Positions 11,607 through 22,990 of a DNA stretch of 64,000 nt are shown here, piece after piece. Positions within the stretch are counted from its first letter, which is position 1, and each line of letters opens with the position of its first letter. Source of the stretch: Octopus sinensis (lineage: Eukaryota). The stretch lies in the NCBI RefSeq assembly GCF_006345805.1, contig NC_043017.1, positions 24,056,001-24,120,000 on the forward strand. Reading direction: 5' to 3'. The notes under the pieces were generated by a model. The model worked only from the letters and a program-made list of their open reading frames with translations. It had not been told where the DNA came from and ran no database searches. The position numbers and the translations under genes were made by a program.

Positions 11607-12153
11607 TAAATGCACCTTCTTTCCACAAATGAGCTCTTAGTGAACAAACCTCTATTAAGCACATCAGACAATGTGTGAAGAAGAGAATGTGGGGTTTTTT
11701 TTGTTTTTGTTTTTTATATTGTTTTACTGATATGTAGAAATTCAAATATCCAAACCCACCTTAACTCAATTTGATCGAAAGGGTTTGTTTTCCCTAATGA
11801 AAATGAACATCAGGGGAACACTGCATGTATAAACTACTCCTAATGAAAAATGCCAAGAAATTTCAGTATTAGTCAAATATATAAAAAACTATAAGATTTC
11901 CATTTGACTTCTTCCAAAGAACAGTGTCTCAGAAGTGTTGCATAGTGAAATTCTCACATGAGTAACATTTCATCAATACTGTGAGGTTTATGGTGGTTAC
12001 TAATATCACATCCTCAATGCAGTTGATTTTGTTGTTGTTTGGATTCGGGTCAGCTCTGATCTTGCTGACTAAAAAGGCATGATGTGGTTATGTTACTTGC
12101 ACTTTTTTTCATTCCTCGACAAAAAAAAAAAAGAAAATTTCTTTGCAATACAA

Positions 12154-12356
12154 CTGAATTTATAAACAATTGCAGCGTGGAAAGTGTTTGTAAGCCATTT
12201 AAGAAACACACAAAAGTCGTTCGATTAGTGAATTGAACAGCTTTTGTGTTTCTTAAATGGCTTACAAACACCTTCCACGCTGCAATTGTTTTCGCTCCAG
12301 CACACGATCTCAGATCAAATCACTTGCTATGCGAGTACATCTCCTGAATTTATAAA
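12154..12356. mobile_element. hairpin-containing insertion flanked by a 13-bp direct repeat
   Basis: ctgaatttataaa at 12154-12166 and 12344-12356; internal inverted arms aaacaattgcagcgtggaaagtgtttgtaagccatttaagaaacac / gtgtttcttaaatggcttacaaacaccttccacgctgcaattgttt. Confidence 0.75.
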
Positions 12357-13274
12357 ATAGAGGTGAATCGGAAAACAGGGTTTTGTTAACAGAACTGCTC
12401 ATTACTGCAAGCTTTCAGAAACACAACACATCCACAATGCAAGAGACAGCTATATATATATATACATAAGGTGGCGAACTGGCAGAAACGTTAGCATGCC
12501 GGGCGAAATGCGTAGGCGTATTTCGTCTGCCGTTACGTTCTGAGTTCAAATTTGCCGAGGTCGACTTTGCCTTTCATCCTTTCGGGGTCGATAAATTAAG
12601 TACCAGTTACGCACTGGGGTTGATATAATCGACTTAATCCGTCTGTCTGTCCTTGTTTGTCCTCTCTCTGTTTAGCCCCTTGTGGGCAATAAAGACATAT
12701 ATATATATATGAGCAAAGAAACACAGAGAGAAAGAGAGAGAGAGGGTAAGAAAGCCAGTTGAGAGAGACAGAGATGAATGAAGAAATAAAGAGAGAAAGA
12801 GACAGACAGAGATCAGCAAGGAAAAAAAAAGAGACAGAGAGAGTCAGACAGACAGACAGACTACACAAATGAGCAAGGAAATAAAGTGAGACAAACAAAC
12901 AGAGAGATATGAGCAAAGAAACAGAGTTATATGGATGAGCAAGCAAGTTCACAGACATGCAAAGACAGATACACACACACACCAGCAGCAGATGCATAAG
13001 CTGAGGCAGAAATATACACACAAACTATAAGAGCAAACAACAAATCTGGTTTAGTTAGGTTAAGAAGCCCGAGACACAGTGAACTATGTAATTTAACTCT
13101 TGCACTATTGTTTACAATCACACAGTATTTAACGAAAGCTTATAATTGGATGAGAGTGGTTAGTTAAAGTACTGATAAAGTATTATTAATTAAGTCAATC
13201 TTAGCTGCAGGGAATTATAATGACAAAGATAAGCTGTAGAAATATAACGAGGTTAATGTACTTTTAGTTAGTTA

Positions 13275-13306
<32 letters not shown>

Positions 13307-14514
13307 TAATTTCTTTACTACCCACAAGGGGCTAAAACACAGAGGGGACAAACAAGGACAGACAAACAGATTAAGCCGATTACATCGACCCCAGTGCGTA
13401 ACTGGTACTTAATTTATTGACCCCGAAAGGATGAAAGGTAAAGTCGACCTCGGCGGAATTTGAACTCGGAACGTAACAACAGACGAAATACAGCTACGCA
13501 TTTCGCCCGTCATGCTAACGTTTCTGCCAGATCACACACACACACACATACACAGATAAGTTTTTATACAAAGAGGGTTGCCATTCACTGATTCAGCAGT
13601 ACATATGTTATCAATTGTAGACAAATCAACTAAAGAACTTCTTTACGTGCTTGTTTAACCTGCTAGGAATAGCAGGAAATTTCCCTCAATTACACCCTAT
13701 TGTCTAAAAAATAAAAATAAAATAAAATAAACCACAGGATAATAAAGACATACACTATGTCTGAAAAAAGACAGGTAGTTCATGATAGGAACATCTTTGA
13801 TGATAGACCTGTCTGATGAATGCTGACACTACCCATAAATCTAAAAGTTGATTGTGGTAGATTCTAATTTCAGATTTCATCATGATTAACCTTAAGGGTT
13901 GTTGGTATCAATGTTTAACCTCAAGTCAACATCCATCCTGCAAGCCTGTGCTCAATGATGTCCCAGCCATGACCTTCCGATCTTATTTTCAGTTGTAGTG
14001 TACCCAGGCCTACATTGTCCAGTCTCTGGTTTTCTAAGGAAATTTACTGCCATTTCTAGCAAATTGAATAACCACATAGAGGTTCCCTAACTGATTCATC
14101 TAGAACTGACAATATTTACACTAGAGCTAAGTTGGCCAATTCAAGCAACGACAGATCTCTCATATAAAAACTTATCAATGTGATGTGTGTGTGTTTGTGC
14201 GTTACTTTATTATTATTATAATACATTAGCTTACTAAAAGTACATTAACCTGATATTATATTTCAACAACTAATCATAATTAATTCCCTGTGGCTAACAA
14301 TTGACTTAATACTCTATAAACGCTGTAACCAACTACTCGCTCACTCTCCAATTATAACCGTTTATTAAATATCATTTTATGTGTCATCACAAGATATGGC
14401 CTCAGACCTGACTTCACCGAGTTTTCCCACATCTCACTCTATCTTCTATCATAAGATATATGCCACTATCAGTACAAACCATTTTTTTTCACCAATCAAG
14501 CATTATACTCTCTC

Positions 14515-14906
14515 TCTCTTTTACTTGTTTCAGTCATTTGACTGCGGCCATGCTGGAGCACCGCCTTTAATCGAGCAACTCAACCCCGGGACTTATTCTA
14601 TTTGTAAGCCCAGTACTTATTCTATCGGTCTCTTTTGCCGAACCGCTTAGTAATGGGGACATAAACACACCAGCATCGGTTGTCAAGCAATGCTAGGGGA
14701 CAAACACAGACACACACACGCATATATATATACACATATATACAACGGGCTTCTTTCAGTTTCCGTCTACCAAATCCACTCACAAGGCTTCGGTCAGCCC
14801 GAGGCTATAGTAGAAGACACTTGCCCAAGGTGCCACGCAGTGGGACTGAACCTGGACCCATGTGGTTGGTAGACAAGCTACTTACCACACAGCCACTCCT
14901 GCGCCT
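14515..14906 (-). mobile_element. tRNA-like SINE family B, full-length copy
   Basis: Head ggcgcaggagtggctgtgtggtaag...ggttcagtcccactgcgtggcaccttgggcaagtgtctt, internal microsatellite, tail tgactgaaacaagtaaaagag; many full or partial copies (e.g. 10130-10760, 27995-28410, 31022-31405, 47955-48345, 50078-50490, 57128-57602, 62943-63340). Confidence 0.88.
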
Positions 14907-15179
14907 ATCCATAAATCTCCTTTATAGCAACTCATTTATATATATTACACAATTTTTAATACTCGGTGCTTCCACCAAAGTCAACCTTGGTGGAATTTTA
15001 ACTCAGAATGTAGAGACGGACAAAATGCCACTAAGCATTTTGCCCAGTGTGCTAGTGATTCTGCCAGCTCGCCACCTTAATAATAATAATAATAATATAA
15101 TAATAATAATAACAATAATAATAATAATGATAATAATAACAGAAGACACTTGATAACAAATCAATACAGTTTTTATAAC

Positions 15180-16060
15180 GTTTTAGTGATCGATATGTAT
15201 TGGATATCTTTGGATATCTTTGGAAAAAAATGTTATTCTGGAAGGATAATGTTTGTTCAGCATCGAAGGCGAATACATGAAAGAGGATTCATAAAGAGCT
15301 GATTCTTTTTGGTTTTTTTTTAGTGGGGAAAAATTGTAGAAATAGAAATAGTTTAGCTTACATAAAGAATATTTTCCAAACATATTCTTGTTTCTTCTTT
15401 CTTGCATTTTTTTTAATTATTATATTTTTATTAAATTTTATTTCTTTTTTTTTTTTAAAGATGAAATTTGCAAATATATTTTTAATTTTTTTTTTCTTCT
15501 TGCCCTCCCTAAATTTCAAGACAAACATAAACGATCATTTCTAGAATTAGTTTCATGTTTAGAAATATCTTGTTTGGTTCCGTTTTTGAGAGGGAGATAG
15601 ACTGACAGATTGAGGGAGAGAGAAAGAGAGAGAAAAAAGAAAGAGAAGAGAGAGTGAGAGAGAGAGAGCATTATCGAAGGGAGACAATTATAATGACATA
15701 GTACATATAGATTAATTTCCCTGATTTTTTTTGACTGATTTGGTTGTTCTGTATTTTGCCATTTTTTTTCTTTAACTTTTCATTATTTTATATATTTTTA
15801 GTATTTATGTTAAACCTAACTAAGAAGGAATTAAAGGGAAGAGAGAGAAAAAAAAACCTTTTCATATTATGTATGTATGTATCATGACAATATGAGTGCA
15901 TGCATTCATGTGCAAAGTGAATGCGTGAATGATTGTATATTTACTGTTGTTACATGTTAAGTGGAAGTGGGAACTCTTAAACTTGATTTTTTTGTACCTT
16001 GTTTTCCATCAACTCAACTCCAAAAAGGGCTGGAGAAGAAAGGGGGGGAGGGAGAGTCAA
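15180..16060 (-). other. probable 3' UTR of the SPATS2-like gene (end not defined)
   Basis: SINE-free, A-rich (minus strand) sequence directly after the stop codon; the poly(A) site cannot be fixed from sequence alone. Confidence 0.45.
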
Positions 16061-16299
16061 TTATCTGTAAACTGAATTATCTTGGTCTCGAGAATTTGTC
16101 TTCAGCCTCGACACTCCACCAGGCCGGGACCGACGGGCTCCAAAATGCACTCCCCGACCTAGGTACTGTACTCTTTGTTCGTGCGGGTAATAAGAATCGG
16201 AATTTCCTCTGTAGCCCCCATCTCCTCTTCGATGACCTCGGTTACTTACTTGGTGATAGTTCCGAGACGACCGACCCGAACTATAGTTATTTCGATAAT
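16061..16299 (-). CDS. SPATS2: SPATS2-like last coding exon (239 nt) [15 protein letters not shown]...[12 protein letters not shown]...VYR*
   Basis: Acceptor ttttctttctctttaaacag; Arg/Gly/Tyr-rich open frame ending in TAA at 16063-16061. Confidence 0.87.
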
Positions 16300-19200
16300 C
16301 TGTTTAAAGAGAAAGAAAAGAATCATCATCATCATCATCATCATCATCGTTTAACGTCCGTTTTCCATGCTAGCATGGGTTGGACGGTTCAACTGGGGTC
16401 TGGGAAGCCAGAAGGCTGCACCAGGCCCAGTCTGATCTGGCAGTGTTTCTACAACTGGATGCCCTTCCTAACGCCAACCACTCCGTATATATGAAATGAT
16501 AAAATTATTATACCACGCAAAAGGAAAGTGATTCATAGGCTGAGTAGAGAGCAACAGACAAAGTATCTTGTGGTATTTCATTAAGTCCCTTTTTGTTCAG
16601 GGTTCCAATACCACCTGACTCAATGAAAACAAGTAGTAGGGTTTAATCAATGTAACCCTTTAACATTATGAGTATTCTGTTAAAAATAATACTTATTCAT
16701 CCACATTGTTTTAAATTAATCAGTCGTTATCTCATTGATTCAAGATTGCGATATGATTGTTTATTTTTAGAATGACATTGTAGGGTAAGTATGAGAGGCT
16801 GGATCTGCCAATTTAAACACAAGACAAATAAAATATTTGGGCCTAATATGGCTGGTTTAAATGATAAAGGGTTAATCAAACAACTACATTCCTTTCCCTA
16901 AATTTATGGCATTGTACCAATGTTTAAGATTACTATTATTCACCAAACTAAATACAAAAAAAATAACACATACAACTGATTATTTTTCACTGATCTTTGT
17001 CCAGTTTTTTTAACAACTGAATATTTGCTTTGTAAGACACAATAACTGAGAGATCAAACTGCTGGACTTAAAATTGTCCAAAAATATTTCTAAAAGCCCT
17101 ACATTAGGGTAGATAGGTCATAACCTATCACCTTTTTTTGCAGGGCTGCAGAAATTAGAGGAACTCGGGAGAAAGAAACCACAATTCATGAATTGTTACA
17201 CAAAGAAGCACCATATCAGTTTGTCAAATTTTTCTCTCACTCAAAATATGATACAAATACTTGCAATTGTGAGAGATCCATGAAAAGCACCCAAGATCAT
17301 GTGGGCATGTTAAACCAGGATATAGATTAAGACTGCTGCTCAAGAACAGAAACAGGAAATCCTATGGGCTTTTACCTACCTAGTGGTATGACTAAATGAA
17401 ACTTGATCAAGGTACCAATTATGAGCGAGCTTAGAAACAAGTGACTGATTTTAGAAATACATGATCAATCTTAGCAAACAAGTGACATATCTAAGAAACA
17501 TGACTGATCTTAGAAAAATGTGATCAATCTTAGAAATATGTGATTGATCACATTTGTTAGATCAATCTAAAAAGCATGTGATCATAGAAATATGTGATCA
17601 ATCTTAGAAAAATGTGATCAATCTTAGAAAAATGTGATCAATCTTAGAAATACATGATTGATCACGTGTTTGTTAGATTAATCTAAAAAAACTATCAATC
17701 TTAAAACATGATCAATCTTAGAAATATATGATCAATCTTAGAAATATGTGATAGATCATAAAAACATGTGACCAATCTCAAAAACGTGATCAATCTAGAA
17801 ATATGTGATTGATCTTAGAAACAAATCATCAATCATAGAAATACGTGATTAAAATGTAAATATCTTGACCACACAGACACGCTTGTTCTCATGTAGCCAT
17901 TACATCTCTACAGAACTGACTAAGCATTATTTGTCTGTCTATACAGCTCCACAAATACTTCTAGTTAAAAAGAACTCCTAACATTGGAAATGTCAAAATG
18001 TTTTCAATCCATCGACAGCAGTGATCATGGTGATCAGGTTTCAGTGGAATAGATTGTGAATTTTGGTTTTAACTTTCAACTAGAACAACTCTTCGCATAA
18101 TGTCCCAGAACAAGAGTCTGATTAGTGCAAGATCTCAATCTCAGCAGCACTTGTAATTTTTGTGACCTCATAGCTACTTTAATTCTTTAGTTACTATATT
18201 TCAGTTGAAATACAATGCCTTTGTTTCAATTAATTTTGAACATGATGAAGAATTTAGTGAAAGGATTTTGTCAAGTTGATGCTTGGAACATAAATTAACA
18301 AGAAATCTCAATTGGAAAGTTTTTAGATCACTTCAAAACACGAAGTTTGTATCATAGAACCAGGAGTAGTCTCAGGTAGGGTAGGTATCATCATCATCAT
18401 CATTTAATGTCTATCTTCCACAGGTTGGATGGTTTGGCAGGAGCTGGCAAGTCAAAGAAGTGCACCAAGCTCCAAATGTTTGTTCTGGCATGGTTTTACA
18501 GCCGGATGCCTTTCCTAACACCAACCACATTTAAGCTTGTAGGCTGGGAACCAGAGATCTGGTTCAAATGTTTATCATTAATGTAAAAGACACAAGAGGA
18601 ACCACTTAACCCTAACCTAACCCTTTTGTTGCCATATTTCTTCTGAAATACACTGCCTCTATTCCACTGCACTGCTTCTATTCCACTGGAGTTTGAAAAT
18701 AATGAAAAGCTTTTCAAAATAACTGTCTTTATTAAGCTGGTATATTGAACATAAACTAATATGAAATTTTGACGGAAGGTTTAAATTTAGATCACTTTAA
18801 CCTTTTAGCATTTATACTGGCCACATCAGGCCCGAATATTCTGCCTGTTTTATAATCAAACTGACCAGATCTGGCCTCTCGCACCAACCTTACAATGTCA
18901 TTTTAACAATAAACAATCACATCATCAAAATCTCAAAGCTATAAGATAATGCATGATTAATTCAAAATAATGTGACTAAATAAGCATTACGGTTGATAGA
19001 TAATCTGAATGCTAAAGGATTAAAACAGAAAGTTGGAATGATAGAAGCAAGAGTGGTGTTAGGAAGGTTGGTACTAAAAGGGTTAAAAAGAAGATATAAC
19101 AGTCTTAATTACCTGATGATTTGTAATTGCTTGAAAACGTTCTCGAATGTTGATACTGGAGAAAATAGAAAAATATTTTAATTAAGTCCAGAAATATACA

Positions 19201-22200
19201 TATACAGTTAACGTACCTCATTTTTAAATTTCTGTCTACCAAGCTATTCATAATGTATTTGTATGTCTATGTGTGCATCATCATCATCATCATCATCATC
19301 TAATGTTCGTTGTTCATGCTGGCATGGGCTAGATGGTTTGACCAGGGCTGGTAAGCTGAGGGGCTGTACCAGACTCCGTTCTGATTTGGCGTGGTTTCTA
19401 TGGCTGAATGCCCTTCCTAATGCCAACCACTCCAAGAGTGTAATGGGTGCCAGTTGTGTGACACCAGTATCTGCCACGACTATGATTTCACTTGGCTTGA
19501 TGGGTCTTCTCAAGCACAGCATATTGCCAAAGGTCTCAATCATCTGTCATTGCCTCTGTGAGGCCCAACACACAAAAGGTGCTTTTTACGTGCCACCAGC
19601 ACAGATTCCAGTTACACGACACTAGCATCAGACACATTGCCTCCATGAGGCCCAATGCTCAGCAGGTGATCTTTATGTGCCACCGGTATGGGTGCCAGTT
19701 ACTTCCATGAGGCCCAGTGCTCAAAACGTGCTTTTAACCTGCCAGTTATGTGATACCGGCATTGGCTACATTGCCTCCATGAGGCCCAATGCTCAGCAGG
19801 TGCTTTTTACATGCCACCAGCACAGGTGCCAGTTGCTTCTGTGAGGCCAAACACTCAAAAGGTGCTTTTTACATGCCACTGTCACAGGTGCCAATTATGC
19901 AACACGGACATCAGCCACAATGCCTCCATGAGGCCCAACGCTCAGCAGGTGCTTTTTACATGCCACCAGCACAGGTGCCAGTTGCTTCCGTGAGGCCCAA
20001 CACTTAAAAGGTGCTTTTTACATGCCACTATCACGGGTAACGCTCAACAGGTGCTTTTTACATCATCACTGTTTTAATGTTCACTTTACCAGGATCCCAT
20101 AAGTCAGGCAGAATTTGTTGAAGCAACTTTTTCTACAGCCAGATTCCCTTCCTATCATCAACCCTCACCTGCTTCCAAGTAAGGTAAATATAGCCTCATT
20201 GTCAGACATGTGTCCACAGAATATTAGAAAAACCGGCTAACCTACAACAGCATGGAAAAGTAACTGTAAAACAACCAATAAAGATGAAAGATGATAGATG
20301 AGACTAATATACTAATGAACTTTTATTGCTTTTTCTGAATAACTCATCTCTAAATATAGATATATAGAAAATAGTTATATCTCAGCAAAAAACTGATTTA
20401 ATATTAACAGACTCTCAAAACTGTATTTAAGTCTTGATCCTATTGTTGTTAATTGATTTTCTTTTTGTCAATGAAACATAAGAAAAGAACATTGTGTCTG
20501 TTTGTATGTGAAGATGAAGATCTGAGTGAAAGTGTGTTTGTATCTGTGGGTGTAATAGTGAGAGAGAAAAAAAACAGTGTGAATGTGAAAAAGTGAGTGA
20601 GTGTGTGTTATAGAGAGTGGTCGCTTGGCCAGCTAGAAACAGTGATCAAAGTGCCCTCAAATAGCATTATACTGTCTTCAAAAGAAAAGATGGCTAAAAG
20701 TGTCTCTGACCATAAGGTCTGCTTGATCAAGGTCGACTTGGAGTAAAATAGCAAAATAACATGATCTGCAGTGAGAGCATTAAAGAAGAAGAAAGAGAGA
20801 ATCAAGTTCTTTATCTTTTACTTGTTTCAGTCATTGGAGAGCAGCCATGCTGGAGCACCACCTTAAAGGGTATAGTTGAACAAATTGAGCCCAAAATTTA
20901 TTTTCCAGTTCGGCACTTAGTCTATTAGTTTCTTTTATCAAACTGCTAAGTTACAGGGATGTTGTCAAGCACCAGTCATCAAGCAGTAGTAATTTTCAGC
21001 ACACCCTTGTATGCATATATATATATCACTTTGGGCAAGTATCTTCTGCTATAGCCCCAGGCCAACCGAAGATTTGTGATTGATTTTGGTAGGCAGAAGT
21101 TACTGCCGTGTGTGTAGGTGCTTGTGCCTCTCCGAAAGAGCTAGAGGGATATATTGGGTCATCCCATAAATAATGCGGTTTTTTCAATTGCATGAAAAAA
21201 AAGTCAGAAGGGGGGGGGCAAGATAGACTACCTGCATCAACTTGCTATAAAACAACCCAAAACAAATGAATATATATTTTTTTAGTCATTAATATATCTT
21301 ATTTCTATATTTTTGATTTTATTAATTTCTGTAGAGGACAAAAGTATATATAAAGAAAATGTCAAACCTGTTCATTATTGGTATTACTACTAACAGGACA
21401 CGAAGAGACTGCAACAGGTTCTTCCGTTGTAGCATCTTGTGACGTCGAGTTCGAATTGCTTGAGTTGTTCCCTAAAGTAAAACACAAAAACCCTTTCATT
21501 TCTACGGGGAGAAAATCCTGACAGAAATCTCTTGTTTACAACTGTATCACTCTTCCCTTCCCTCAATACCCTTCTCTTCTCTCTCCCACAGACACACACA
21601 ATCCCCAGTATACTCAATCTACAGCCAAATCATCCTCCATAGACTTATCTTCAGAATTAAGATTGTATGTATACTAAATCTTAGTACAGTGTGTCCACCA
21701 GAGAAAAAAGAGGAGGACAGACAGTTGCAAAACACAATGAAGCAATAAAGATTCACACACCCTCACACACACACAAACCACATCCCCACAAACAAATAGC
21801 TTCCTCCATAAACAAACACCTCCATATGTGCACACAAATACTATTATCCGAAAACATCTCACACACGCACACACAAAATATTCCTATAAATCATTAAAGA
21901 GAAAAACGCATCATCATCATGAGCAGTTGTTAAGTTACCATTCATTTCTTCAGGTAGATTATGACTTGTATTAATGACAGCACTTGGGATTGGGGGCGGT
22001 TGTAGACTGCTTCCATTAGACGATGAACTTTCACTTTGGTTTGGACGGTTTACACTATATGCACATTTATTGACAGGAGTAACTGAAGAAAAGATGAGAG
22101 AAAAGAGCAAATAAGCGACTCAATAAGTATTGGAGAGATGGAATAATGTTATCTTAAAAACAATTTTAAAAATAATTGTGTGTATGTGTGAGGTCATTCT

Positions 22201-22953
22201 TAGTGCCAGTGACATCATGTAACCTGTGCATTATTTTATATACTATTCAAAAGGCAGCGAGCTGGCAGAAACACTAGCGCGTCGGGCGAAATGCTTAGCG
22301 GTATTTCGTCTGATGCTACGTTCTGAGTTCAAATTCTGCTGAGGTTGACTTTGCCTTTCATCCTTTCAGGGTCGATAAATAAAGTACCAGTTTCGCACTG
22401 GGGTCGATGTAATCAACTTAATCCCTTTGTCTGTCCTTGTTTGTCCCCTCTATGTTTAGCCCCTTGTGGGCAGTAAAGAAATATATATATACTGTTCATG
22501 TGCTTTTTGGTTATTTTTTTCTGGTGACCATCGTTATCACATCTGTGCAAAAGAGTGTCGGTCCCTAGCAGGACTGGAAACCTACATCCATGCTGCTCAT
22601 GCTTAAGAGAACAAACAAACGACAGCATTGTTTCAAATTGAGTTGCAGCTGTGTAGATGTGTATGTATATGTCATCACCATCATCATCATTTAATATACG
22701 TTTGTCCATACTGGCATGGGTTGGATGGTCTGACCAGAATTGGCAAGCTGGGGAGCTGCACCAGACTCCACTCCGATTTGGCGTGGTTCCTATAGCTAGA
22801 TGCTCTTCCTAATGCCAACCGCTTTAAAGAGCGTGCTGGGTGCTTTTACATGGCACCACAGGGGCACTTTTGCATAGCTCCACACAGGCACTTTTACGTG
22901 ACACTGCATGGGCACTTTTCTGTGGCATCACCACAAGTGCTTTTCACCACCAG

Positions 22954-22990
<37 letters not shown>

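Noticed and set aside
15961-16494. 177-aa plus-strand ORF with poly-His
   Set aside because: Antisense shadow of the real last exon, running into a (CAT)n repeat tail
17440-17850. Regular short repeats as a CRISPR-like array
   Set aside because: Head-to-tail degenerate units without unique spacers; eukaryotic context; no cas genes
19530-20060. Repeat-plus-variable-linker pattern as a CRISPR array
   Set aside because: Linkers are homologous to each other and the motif belongs to a dispersed SINE-like family
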